Shown: positions 1 through 10,159, counted from the first letter of the whole stretch. The stretch: DNA of 60,940 nt, filler included, from 8 parts of 8 records of this genome joined end to end with filler, not necessarily neighbours in it, one strand, 5' to 3'. The notes: a model not told the origin generated them from the sequence alone. A program made the numbers and translations.

Positions 1-980
1 TCATCACTGCCTTTTGAAACGGCACCTTCCATCTCATCGACAATGGACTTGATATTGATATTCACATGATTTCCTGGATGGTAATATTCAAGTAATGAGA
101 CGAGAGATTCCTCCAGCTGTACTTTGACCTCATTGAAAATCGAAGACGCCCTTTCTCCCAATTCACTCTCAATATTTTTTGAGACGGCCAGTAAAATATC
201 GTTATATACGGTGATAATGGCCGAATATTCCTGGGAGCCGCCACCACCGGTTTTGTCACTGAGCTGAACCTCTTCGGTCTGTTCAATCAAACCGTATGAA
301 TTGAGTGAGAAGAAAATTTTGTATACGGCAAACTCATCATATCCACTTTTTGAGACAATATCACGAATGGTACGATCCCCATCAATCAAAGAGAGGATCC
401 GCCACTCATTGGCATTCAGTTTGATCTCTTCTTTATTTTGAACGTTGCCGGACATTTTGAACACCAGCTGATCACTTGTGATGACGGTGTTGAGCACGGA
501 CATCTCGTCAATTCGTCGGGATGCCTCGAGGATCAGCTTCATGGGGTTGAGTTGGGTCACCACCATCCCTTCGAGATTGAGTTTGATCTCCTTGTATTCA
601 AACATCCCTTTTTTCCACAACAACAAGCTGTAGAGAATCTCCTCCACTTGCTTGGTATTGTATTTTTTCAGCGTACTCTCCAGAACATATCCTTTATCCA
701 CCAATATCTTTCCAAGGGAGACTTTTTCTTCCCGGCCCAGCGAGAGGCACTTTTGAAGCTGTTCCGCCGAGATGATCCCATCCCGTCGCAAAATATATCC
801 CAGTCGCGATTCCTTTTGAGACCCGGTGGCATAAACAATGGTTCCCTCTTCGAAAAAGACTTTGCATTCATTGTCTCCGCTGGTGACTCTGAGCAGACCG
901 GTTTTTTGGTCATTACATAAAAGCTGGAGAATGCTTGTTAAAAAAAGTCCCTCAAAATCGCCCTGAAGATTCATTGCCAT
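1..980 (-). CDS. DUF4388/PATAN-domain protein, 3' end runs off the window (missed by the ORF track)
   Basis: Manual translation from ATG at 980: MAMNLQGDFEGLFLTSILQLLCNDQKTGLLRVTSGDNECKVFFEEGTIVYA...RLGYILRRDG...LGKILVDKG...LLWKKGMFEY...LILEASRRIDE, open to position 1. The pattern (G.L...L.QLL...KTG.L; W..G.F.Y; EA.RR.DE) is typical of DUF4388 proteins. Confidence 0.8.
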   Translation of the reverse strand, partial: MAMNLQGDFEGLFLTSILQLLCNDQKTGLLRVTSGDNECKVFFEEGTIVYATGSQKESRLGYILRRDGIISAEQLQKCLSLGREEKVSLGKILVDKGYVLESTLKKYNTKQVEEILYSLLLWKKGMFEYKEIKLNLEGMVVTQLNPMKLILEASRRIDEMSVLNTVITSDQLVFKMSGNVQNKEEIKLNANEWRILSLIDGDRTIRDIVSKSGYDEFAVYKIFFSLNSYGLIEQTEEVQLSDKTGGGGSQEYSAIITVYNDILLAVSKNIESELGERASSIFNEVKVQLEESLVSLLEYYHPGNHVNINIKSIVDEMEGAVSKGSD

Positions 981-1103
981 AGTCAATCTCTTTGGTTATA
1001 AGTGGATAATCGCTGCCATGACGGCTTGTTATTGCAATGCTTCATACTATAATAACATCGGTATATATGACAACCAGAAAATATATTTGCGCTGAGAGTT
1101 GCT

Positions 1104-2600
1104 ATGCTGAACACCCTTGTTGACTTCACCGATTGCTGCCGATCCTACGGACTTCGTGTCTCAACCAGCGAACTATTGGATTGCTACTCCCATCTCTCAT
1201 TGATCGATCCTCTGGATGAAACCACTTTCAGGACAGTGCTTCAATCCAATTTTGCAAAAAGTAGACGTGAGCAGAATCGTTTCAAAATGCTTTACACCCT
1301 TTTTTTTCATGAATCGTCACAGGCGCAAAACCAACCGAGGGGACTTTCAATCATCAAAAATGACGCTTCAATCTCTCCAGGAAACAAACGCAAACCTTGG
1401 TCCGAACAAGAGGAGAATATATCTGATGCGATCACATCCGTCATCGATCACTACCATCAACAATTTGATGATGGTGATGGCAATTCCGGTTCCACAATTG
1501 AGCGCAGTTTGTTGGATTTTATTCAGAGAAAACCGGGTTTCTTCCTTGAGCAAATTCATCAACTCAACACCATGGCCGTCCGGAAACAAACGCATTTCAA
1601 ATCAAACATGGATCAACTTTCCGGCAGATTGAGTGTCATGCTCACCATCAATCAAATGCGTCAGAAAATTCTTCAAATTGCCGGAAGTAATGATGATCAT
1701 TTAGACGTAGATGCAACATCCGAACGGCATAGTCATGGATTTAGGAATAGGCTCCAAAGTTTATTAAACCACCGATTGGATCAAGCCTATGCCCTTCTGA
1801 CAGATGAGCCTCGAGAAAATAATGAGGCGCTCATTGAAAATCAATCCGTTTTTTGGGGCCAAAAGATCTTGACTGAAAAACCCTTTTCATCTTTATCTCC
1901 CCTTGAAATCGTCCAGGTTCGAGAAGTGATGGATTCCTTTGCAAAGAAGTTGAAAAATCAGGCAGGGCGACGATTTGCCGTCAAAAGCAGAGGGCGGCTG
2001 AACATCAATAAAACCTTGCGGGAAGCCGGAAGATTCCAGGGGACGCCACTCAAGCTCTCATTTAAAGATAAGCCCCTGAACAAGGCTCGTTTGATTGTAC
2101 TTTGCGATGTTTCCGGATCGGTTTGGTCATCGGCCCGGTTTATGCTGAATATTCTCTACTCCCTTCAGGAGTGCTTTCATCGCATCAAAAGCTTTGTTTT
2201 TGTCTCTGGAATTCATGAAGTGACGGACTATTTCAATGATTTTGATGTCAACGATGCCATCGAAAAACTTCTCACAGCATCTCCCATCAACATCTCTGCC
2301 CCGACTGACTACGGCATGGTATTCCACTTATTCAATCGGGATCATCTCCATTTATTGGACCATAAAACCACTCTGATCATTATGGGAGACGGTCGCTCCA
2401 ACTATCTCAACCCCCAAGCCCATCTTTTGGGAGTGTTTCGTGAACGGTGTCGCAGGATCATCTGGCTTACACCGGAACCGGGAAATTTATGGAACAGTGG
2501 AGACAGTGAGCTTCACACCTACAAATCCCATTGCCACGAACTTCGCACCTGCATGAATATGAATCATTTACAGCAATTTATCCATGAGTTAGTGCTGTAA
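1104..2600 (+). CDS. VWA domain CoxE-like protein
   Basis: LCDVSGSV MIDAS motif, TDYG and IIMGDGRSNY, IIWLTPEP; N-terminus 'R..GLRVSTSE'. Confidence 0.85.
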   Translation: MLNTLVDFTDCCRSYGLRVSTSELLDCYSHLSLIDPLDETTFRTVLQSNFAKSRREQNRFKMLYTLFFHESSQAQNQPRGLSIIKNDASISPGNKRKPWSEQEENISDAITSVIDHYHQQFDDGDGNSGSTIERSLLDFIQRKPGFFLEQIHQLNTMAVRKQTHFKSNMDQLSGRLSVMLTINQMRQKILQIAGSNDDHLDVDATSERHSHGFRNRLQSLLNHRLDQAYALLTDEPRENNEALIENQSVFWGQKILTEKPFSSLSPLEIVQVREVMDSFAKKLKNQAGRRFAVKSRGRLNINKTLREAGRFQGTPLKLSFKDKPLNKARLIVLCDVSGSVWSSARFMLNILYSLQECFHRIKSFVFVSGIHEVTDYFNDFDVNDAIEKLLTASPINISAPTDYGMVFHLFNRDHLHLLDHKTTLIIMGDGRSNYLNPQAHLLGVFRERCRRIIWLTPEPGNLWNSGDSELHTYKSHCHELRTCMNMNHLQQFIHELVL

Positions 2601-2788
2601 TCATTCCCCTGTTGCTTTGTTCGCAGCGGACAACGGAATGGAGAGATTCCGTTTCAGAGCACCCGGCAGGCTTTACAAATTCATTTCGCTCATTATAATT
2701 TGTCAGATCCATTTGATCTTTCGAGTTCATACGGATCACTCAATCCCCTTAAAATCCAATATTAACCAACATAACGAAATGAGGTATC

Positions 2789-3445
2789 ATGCTTAAACTT
2801 GGAGAAAAAGGTGCTGTTCAGCAACGAGATAAAGAGACTTACGCCATTGCCCCCCATATCCCTTGCGGTGTTATCACGCCGGATCAGTTGCGAGTCATTG
2901 CAGATACGGCTGAAAAATATAACGCCGCTGCATTAAAAGTAACCAGTGCGGCCCGTATTGCCATTGTCGGACTGAAAGAAGAGGATATCGACAATGTCTG
3001 GAAAGATCTGGAGTTGAGTCTGGGGCATGCCGTCGGACTCTGCGTCAGAAGCATTAAAGCGTGCCCCGGTACCACCTTTTGCAAACTGGGTCAGCAGGAC
3101 AGCTTAGGGATGGGAATGAAACTGGATGAAATCTATCACGGCATGGAGCTTCCCAGCAAAACCAAAATGGGCGTTAGCGGTTGCACCAATCAATGCGCTG
3201 AAAACTGCATCAAAGATATTTCTCTGATGGGAAAAAAGAGCGGATGGACCTTGTGGGTCGGCGGTTGCGGTGCATCAAAACCGAGACTTGCCGATCTGTT
3301 TGCCCAAGAGCTGGATTCGGATGCAGCGTTGGATATGATCAACAAAGTGATTGAATACTACAAAGAAAACGCAAAGAAAGGGGAGCGTATGGGTAAGATG
3401 ATCGATCGTATCGGTCTCGATACCATGAAAGAAGCTCTTCTATAA
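2789..3445 (+). CDS. Small (218 aa) siroheme/[4Fe-4S] sulfite/nitrite reductase-family protein
   Basis: CPGTTFC and SGCTNQC ligand motifs; ferredoxin-like half domain; C-terminal GERMGKMIDRIG; RBS GAGG upstream. Confidence 0.85.
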   Translation: MLKLGEKGAVQQRDKETYAIAPHIPCGVITPDQLRVIADTAEKYNAAALKVTSAARIAIVGLKEEDIDNVWKDLELSLGHAVGLCVRSIKACPGTTFCKLGQQDSLGMGMKLDEIYHGMELPSKTKMGVSGCTNQCAENCIKDISLMGKKSGWTLWVGGCGASKPRLADLFAQELDSDAALDMINKVIEYYKENAKKGERMGKMIDRIGLDTMKEALL

Positions 3446-3469
3446 AAACACCGGTCCAAAACATGACAC

Positions 3470-3498
3470 GTAGAGACAAGGCCTTGCCTTGCCTCTAC
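3470..3498. repeat. GTAG-type REP-like palindrome
   Basis: GTAGAGACAAGG-CCTTG-CCTTGCCTCTAC: 12-bp stem with one mismatch, starting with GTAG, between convergent genes. Confidence 0.6.
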
Positions 3499-3619
3499 TC
3501 ACAATGAATATCCAACCCTGGGAAGCCGGAATCAAAGGTCTTTCCGATATTTTACCAAAAGCCAATACAACACGAAAATCGAAAACAAGTGCCTAAATCC
3601 ATCCATTGGAGCTCATGTT

Positions 3620-5904
3620 TTATTTTTTACCGGATACTTTTGCTTCCTCAAAGGAAGCCATCTCGCACATGATTTTACAGGCTGCCTCTGCCGTATCAAT
3701 GGTCAAGGCTGCGCCGGTTCCTTCACCCAACCGCATCCCGAAATCGATGACCGGTTTCAGTCCCATATGATCCAATGCCGTCTTCTGGGCCACCTCCACA
3801 GATTTATGACCGGAGATCAGATAGCCGCCGATGGCCGGAGAAATGAGATAGGCCAAAAGCCCTGCCGCAGTGGAGATTACCCCGTCCAGGACCACTGCCG
3901 CTTGCTTTGAGGCGGCAGCAAGAACGGCACCTGTAATCCCTGCAATCTCAAATCCTCCCACTTTCCGGAGCACATCCATACCGTCTGTTGAATCGGGCTG
4001 CTGAAAAGCCAGACTCTTTTCCAGCACTTCAATTTTGTGTTCCAGGCCTTTGTTGTCCACCCCGTCCCTCTTCCGGCCGCCTGTGCCGAAGAGATTCCGC
4101 AAATGACGCTGATGATGGCCGATGCAGATGTGGTATTTCCAATCCCCATTTCCCCGACGCCGACAATATCCAAGGGAGCGGATTCATGGCTTTCAAGGAA
4201 CACCTCCATCCCCCGACGTAAGGCCCGCCATCCCTCTTCATGGGTCATAGCCGGTTCAATGGCAAAGTTCCGGGTTCCTTTTCGAACTTTTTTATCGATC
4301 AGATCCGGATGGGAATCAAATTCTCCGTTCACGCCCATATCCACAATCTTCATGTCGATATGGTGATGCTTACAAAGCACATTGATGGCAGCGCCCCCAT
4401 TAAGGAAATTCTCCACCATCTGCCGGGTCACTTCCGACGGATAGGCGGAAACGCCTTCCTCCGTGATGCCGTGATCTCCTGCAAAAACAAAAAGCCCTTT
4501 TCTTCTGATGGCCGGAAACAGGCTCTGTTGAATCAGACTCATCTGCAGTGCCAGATCCTCGAGGGTGCCAAGGGCACCGAGGGGTTTGGTTTTATTGTCG
4601 ATTTTACTTTGCGCCGCCGGTTCCAGCGTTGAATCCACCGAGGGGATGGCTGCAATCACCCGGCGACACCATACCTCATCCTCAGAAACGGCTTGACCGG
4701 CCGATAGGATGTCGGATCTGAAAACGCCATGATCAACGTCTTCTTGCTCATACGGTTCCATGACGTTCATGACCTTCTCTTCGAAAGCATTTTCTTCGAG
4801 AGAATTTTCCACGTTACCGGCATCCATTGGATTTTGTTCCATTGCTTTGCCGGTGAAATCAAGAATGTACTTCAACGCATTTCCTGCCAGGATCTGCGGC
4901 ATCAGAGAGGCTGCTTTTTCCGGAAATACCACATCCTCGATCAACAGTTCAAGCAAGGGCATATTTCGCACCATAAAGGGCATGCCGTCCACCATATTTT
5001 GACGGGTCAGTCCGTAGGATCCGGTGACCTCCACCTCTTTATAATGGAGCAGGTTGATAAGATTGGTCTCAATATGCTCATTTTTGCTGAGCCCGCTGAA
5101 AAAGGAAATTTTGCCGCCTTTAGCCGCTTTCACAATCCCGAGATCAAATGCAATGGGATCTGCACAGGCATTGATGACGGCGTCGAACTCACCATCAACG
5201 GTATCTTTGACGCACTTGATCTTTGCGGCCATCAGAAACGGCTGAATTTTATCGATTTTCTCCGCCTGTTTTTCGATGACCAGCGGAATCGCTCCCCGAT
5301 CTTTCGCTGCCAGCGCCGCGATCAACCCGACTGTACCGCCCCCATAGATAATAACCCGCTGATGGGGTTGAACGGCCAGCTTGTCCAGCGCATTGAACAC
5401 GCATCCCACCGGCTCTGCAAAGCAGGCTATATGGGAGGATGCCATCAATGTATCGACACCTCTCAATTCCGAGTCAGAATCAATATCAAAATTTGCCCCC
5501 GAGTACGGATCCGATTTTCGCTTTTCCCAGTTATCCCCGGTCAGGGGAATCAATGAGGCATCGGGAAGCACGACATACTCTGCAAAACCGCCATTGTGAT
5601 GAAATCCGGTGATTTTCATCCCCTCGCACAGGTTTTCCCTTCCCTTGAGGCAGTAGTCGCAATGCCCGCAGCTTTTGCCGGGCCAGACCACGTAGATTTT
5701 CTCCGAATCATCCATCACCACCATCTCGTGCCCGGGTACGCGTGGGAAAACCAGATCCCGATGCCCCTGCTGCCACATTTTGGCATCGGTGCGACAAACC
5801 GCGCAATAGCGTACCCGCATCAAGGAAAAACCGGCCGGAGCCTGAGGAATTTCCTGTTGCTGCAGTTCCAGTTGTTCAAGTCCGGTCAATGTCAGTTGCT
5901 TCAT
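3620..5904 (-). CDS. cobT: Zn-dependent (MDR family) dehydrogenase fused to nicotinate-nucleotide:DMB phosphoribosyltransferase CobT; ~761 aa after repairing one frameshift
   Basis: N-half: CAVCRTD, GHE, CGHCDYC...C, GGGTVG. C-half: KTKPLGALG, FAGDHGI...GVSAYP, GEMGIGNTT, KVGGFEI, RLGEGTGAAL. ORFs 3877-5904 and 3620-4102 join as GRGTG-VDNKGL if one G is added to the run at 4060-4063. Confidence 0.85.
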
Positions 5905-5932
5905 GCCTCATCACCTAATTTATTAAAAATTT

Positions 5933-6148
5933 TCAAGAAGCGCTAAACGGCTCTTCTTTTAAGATCAGTTTATATATTTTCGGATTCATATCCGGTTTAT
6001 TCTTCAATGTCTGCACATGCGCTTGAACGGTTTCCAACTGGGTCATGGGAAAGACGGATGCCTTATCCAGTTTGCATCGAAGATACCTTCCCTCTTTCAC
6101 CCGAATATACCCATCACCTGTTTTGATGATCAGCAGTTCCGTCTTCAC
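5933..6148 (-). CDS. Small hypothetical protein (~71 aa; likely GTG start at 6148, ATG at 6172 possible)
   Basis: Open frame filling the gap between two co-oriented genes; G-rich RBS-like run upstream of the GTG. Confidence 0.6.
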   Translation of the reverse strand: MKTELLIIKTGDGYIRVKEGRYLRCKLDKASVFPMTQLETVQAHVQTLKNKPDMNPKIYKLILKEEPFSAS

Positions 6149-6254
6149 TTTTAAACGCCCCCTGTTTCTCATTATTGAAGGAATCGGTCCATACTTTGAC
6201 GGTGTCGGATAAAACCTGTCCCGCCTTTGTGTCTTTGGAAACAGGCCAAAATTG

Positions 6255-7370
6255 TTATCCCATCAAGCGTGCCAATTTTTTCAGGCCTTTTTCAGGATCT
6301 TGATTCTGACGTTTAACCCAAGCTTCCAACGTATCCATTGCCTGACCGCCGTCAACTGATTTTGTGGCCTTTTCAACGCCGGCCTCAATACTATCGACGG
6401 CATCGGCCACATAGTAGATGAGCGAGGCGTTGAGGATCGCGGCATCCTCCCTCGGCCCTTTCTCATGTCCTCGAATCAGGGAGACAAATCGTGCCGGTTC
6501 TTTTGAGATATCCGAATCCGGAGCGATCTCCGAGCAATCATGTCGTTCCAATCCAACCGATTTGGGGGTAAAGGAATACGATTCGATACTTCCGTCCTGT
6601 TTCAGTTCCGCACACCAGGTGGTACCGCAGACAGACGCCTCATCCATGCCTTTGTCCGTTCCATCGATGGCACCGTGGAGGACAACGGCCCGCTCAAACC
6701 CGATGGCTTTCATCACATGAACCACCGGCAAAATCATCTCCTTGGAATAGACGCCGCGAACAGCCCTTCTCGGCATGGCAGGATTGGCAAGTGATGCGGC
6801 AATATTGAGAGTGGAACCAAAATAGATCTGAGACAAAATTCTGCCCAGGGCCATGGGATGAACCAGTGGGCTCATGCCGTTAAACAGCCCGATGTTGGCC
6901 TTTTCAATACTGGCAGCGACATTTTCCACGGAACATTCCACATCCACGCCAAGGGCTTCAGCCATATCCACGGTGCCGCATTTCGAAGTGATGGCCCGTG
7001 CACCGTGTCTTGCCATTTTGATCCCCCCTGAGGCGGCAATGAGGGATGCCGCCGTACTGATGTTGAAGGTCTTGAAGGTATCCATGCCGGTACCGCTGTT
7101 TTCAACCACCGGGGCATTGCTGTTCAGCCGGACCTTGTTGGTATCCAGCTCATAGATCGCTTCCCAGGCACCGGCAACTTCATCTGCGGTTTCTCCTTTG
7201 GCATTAAGAGCGGCCAGAAAGGCACCTTGTTGCATATCGGTCACTTCGTTATTCAATACTTGTAAAAAGGCTCTTTCAGCTTCTTCCCGGGTCAATGCCT
7301 CTTTCCTGATCAACCGGGTGATCACAGCACCAAATGCTCTATTTTTTTCTAAATCCATATTATTCTCCAA
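6255..7370 (-). CDS. Anthranilate phosphoribosyltransferase-like (glycosyltransferase family 3) protein with atypical motifs
   Basis: N-terminal helical domain (GAFLAAL..KGET.DE), GTGMD..TFNIST, ARHGAR, LANP, GMDE. Confidence 0.85.
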   Translation of the reverse strand: MENNMDLEKNRAFGAVITRLIRKEALTREEAERAFLQVLNNEVTDMQQGAFLAALNAKGETADEVAGAWEAIYELDTNKVRLNSNAPVVENSGTGMDTFKTFNISTAASLIAASGGIKMARHGARAITSKCGTVDMAEALGVDVECSVENVAASIEKANIGLFNGMSPLVHPMALGRILSQIYFGSTLNIAASLANPAMPRRAVRGVYSKEMILPVVHVMKAIGFERAVVLHGAIDGTDKGMDEASVCGTTWCAELKQDGSIESYSFTPKSVGLERHDCSEIAPDSDISKEPARFVSLIRGHEKGPREDAAILNASLIYYVADAVDSIEAGVEKATKSVDGGQAMDTLEAWVKRQNQDPEKGLKKLARLMG

Positions 7371-7618
7371 AATGATTCCATGTCTAATTCAGAGCCGAAA
7401 AGTTACCTCCTGGCCCCATAAAATGTCAATGATTTTGAGTAATTTTCGACATCACAATGATAAAATCACTTTTCAGAAACAATTAAAGGATTTGCATGTT
7501 TCAGCCAAAATGGATATGTCTCTCTTTCGATAACGGATAACCCAACGATGAGCCCTTAGCTCAGTTTCATCCCCGGTTGCCGGATTTTCAAACAATAGAT
7601 TTCAGGAGTAACCATGCA

Positions 7619-8556
7619 ATGGCCGATATGAGCACCCAACAATTAATACTTGAGGATCAATCCATGAGAGACGGACTCCAGATGGAGTCTCGGATTTTTC
7701 TTTAGAGGAAAAGATCAAATGTTTTGATTTACTTCAAAATGCCGGGATTAAAAGAATTCAGGTGGGATCATTTGTCCACCCTAAAATTGTCCCCCAGATG
7801 GCAGATACCGATGAGTTAATCAAAACAATCGGTAAACAGGCGACTGCGACGGTTACGGCATTGATTCTAAACAACAAGGGGTTGGATCGAGCCCTTGAAT
7901 GCGGCGTCCCTCATGTGAGTATGTCCGTCTCCGTCAGTGATGCACACAGCAGAAAAAATACAAACAAACCAGCCGAGGATGCACAGGAAGAAATGGTTGG
8001 ACTTATCCGAAAGGCGCTTGAATCAAACTTGGAAGTCCGGGCGGAACTGCAGTGTGTTTTTGGATGTATTTATGAAGAGGACATAGATGAAAATACAGTA
8101 TTGAGCGCCGCTGAAAAAATGCTCAAGACCGGTGTGACGGAGATCAGCTTAGCCGATACAACCGGTCAGGCGACTCCCATCGCCATTCGAAATATGGTGC
8201 ATCGCTTTCAAGATGAATTTCCGGAAACCGGAATGTCACTTCACCTCCACGATACCCGAGGACTAGGTCTTGCGAACCTGTTTGCCGGTTATGAAGCCGG
8301 CGCCCGAAGTTTTGATGTTTGCGCAGGGGGACTTGGAGGCTGTCCATTTCTTAAAGGTGCCGCCGGTAATGTGCCAACGGAGGATGCGATCAACATGCTG
8401 GAAACCATGGGGGTCGATACGGGAATTGATCTTGAAAAAGTGTGCAACGCGGTCGATTATTACGAAACCTGTTTGGAACGACGGCTTCCCGGAAAAATGA
8501 AGCAAGTGCTTGCTCTCAGCCCCGCATGTAGTTTTAAAAAAAGTGCGCGCAATTAA
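7619..8556 (+). CDS. Hydroxymethylglutaryl-CoA lyase-like DRE-TIM enzyme (one frameshift near 7695-7699)
   Basis: An upstream frame carries EDQSMRDGLQ and joins ORF 7762 (GSFVHPK, LADTTG, HLHDTRG, GGLGGCPF, GNVPTED) by adding one T to a T5 run. Start at 7619 or 7628. Confidence 0.85.
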
Positions 8557-8598
8557 CCCTTGTATGTTGAAAAACATAAGGGTTAATACAGGTGATCA

Positions 8599-9507
8599 AT
8601 GTTTTCCCAACTGCTTTCCATTTTTGTAACTGTTGTATGTCCGGTTTTTACATTGGTGTTGCTGGCTTATTTACTGGGCCCTCGACTCGACATCCAGTAT
8701 CGATCTCTGACAAGAACAGCGTATTATCTATTGATTCCAGCCTTTATTTTCAACGTACTCAGCCGAATAGAAATTGACCTGTCCACTGCCGGAAGGATGA
8801 TTGTCGGCATCGGTGTCATTTACACAGCGACTGGTATTCTCGGATGGATCACTGCCCGGATGCTCGGTTTCGGGCGAGAAACGGCCGCAGCTTTTCTGAT
8901 GACTTGTATTTTCGGGAACGTTGGTAATTACGGACTTGCACTGGCACGTTTCAGGCTTGGTGATACTGCCATGGAAAGTGCTACGGTTTACATGGTAACG
9001 ATCAACACGCTCTCTTTTACGTTAAGTGTTCTGACTGCCGGCTGGCTCCGAAAAGGGGGATTCGGGGCCTTGAAAAACTTGATAAAAACGCCCGGTGTCG
9101 TCGTTCTGCCTATCGCGTTGCTGTTTCCATTATCCGGAACGGTTCCACCGATAATGGTTCAACGTATCACCGGCCTGCTGGGGGATGCCATGATTCCAAT
9201 GATGTTACTCATTTTGGGACTGCAACTTCGAGAGGCCGGACACCTCGAGTGGGGGTGGAAAACCTTTACGGCATGTGGAATCCGGCTCATCGTCGGGCCG
9301 GCCCTGGCATTTCTTCTGATCCCCCTGATCGGCCTTTCTGAAATCCAGTCCTCAGCCGGAATCCTCCAGGCATCCATGCCGTCGGCGGTGCTGACCGCCA
9401 TCATTGCCATGGAGCATAATGTGGTACCGACCTTTGTGATATCCGTCGTTTTTTTCAGTACAATGCTCAGTCTGATCAGCCTGACCATGGTAATGGGAAT
9501 GCTTTAG
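8599..9507 (+). CDS. AEC (auxin efflux carrier) family transporter
   Basis: ~10 hydrophobic segments; FGNVGNYG, IPMMLLILG, QASMPSA motifs. Confidence 0.85.
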   Translation: MFSQLLSIFVTVVCPVFTLVLLAYLLGPRLDIQYRSLTRTAYYLLIPAFIFNVLSRIEIDLSTAGRMIVGIGVIYTATGILGWITARMLGFGRETAAAFLMTCIFGNVGNYGLALARFRLGDTAMESATVYMVTINTLSFTLSVLTAGWLRKGGFGALKNLIKTPGVVVLPIALLFPLSGTVPPIMVQRITGLLGDAMIPMMLLILGLQLREAGHLEWGWKTFTACGIRLIVGPALAFLLIPLIGLSEIQSSAGILQASMPSAVLTAIIAMEHNVVPTFVISVVFFSTMLSLISLTMVMGML

Positions 9508-9635
9508 TTACTTATCCCGCATTGTCGTGATTTTGGGGAAGGAGAATCAAAAACCTCATTATGGTTCCGGCTTGTCCAAAGGTAAATAATGGGAATATCT
9601 TTCCAATGCAGGTAAAACAGTATTTGATCTTTTTT

Positions 9636-9735
9636 NNNNNNNNNNNNNNNNNNNNNNNNNNNNNNNNNNNNNNNNNNNNTTAATTAATTAANNNNNNNNN
9701 NNNNNNNNNNNNNNNNNNNNNNNNNNNNNNNNNNN
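9636..9735. other. Artificial contig spacer
   Basis: N run + TTAATTAATTAA (stops in all six frames) + N run. Confidence 0.98.
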
Positions 9736-10159
9736 CCCTGTCCCGTTGCCGGGATACACTGCGCCTGCTCGATCTCGACTGTCCGGTCACCTTTGACGAG
9801 GGGGTAAGGGAGATCGATTTCGGCCTGTGGGAAGGGCTCAGCTTCAACCAGGTTCAGCAAAAATACCCGGACCAGGCAGATCGCTGGGCAACACAACACG
9901 ACGATTTCACCTTCCCCGGCGGTGCGCATATCGGGACATTCAACCTCACCATCCAGCAATGGTTTGACGTACTGCTTCAGACGGGGCATAATCGGGTCCT
10001 CATTGTTGCCCACGGCGGCGTGCTGCGCACCGGACTTCTCCACCTTCTCGGTGGTGGGGGGACAGCGGATTCGGGCTGAACCTCAGCGAGGCGGCGATAA
10101 CGAAAGTATCACTGCACAAGGGGTATCCGTATCTCGAAAAGTTTAACTGCAGGGGATGA
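9736..10159 (+). CDS. cobC: Alpha-ribazole phosphatase / histidine phosphatase, 5'-truncated, frameshift near 10050-10061
   Basis: Manual translation: LSRCRDT...REIDFGLWEG...FPGG...LIVAHGGVLR; a second frame ends ...YLEKFNCRG* with ATGA overlap onto cobU. Confidence 0.75.

Noticed and set aside
2602-2653. Alternative hairpins after the VWA gene (AACGGAAT/ATTCCGTT versus upstream CATTCC...GTTG)
   Set aside because: Short stems, no U-tract and no recognisable aptamer; too weak to call a switch or terminator.
7371-7618. Cobalamin riboswitch upstream of the TrpD-like / cobT module
   Set aside because: I could not find the B12-box or the conserved core elements on either strand; an Infernal scan would be decisive.
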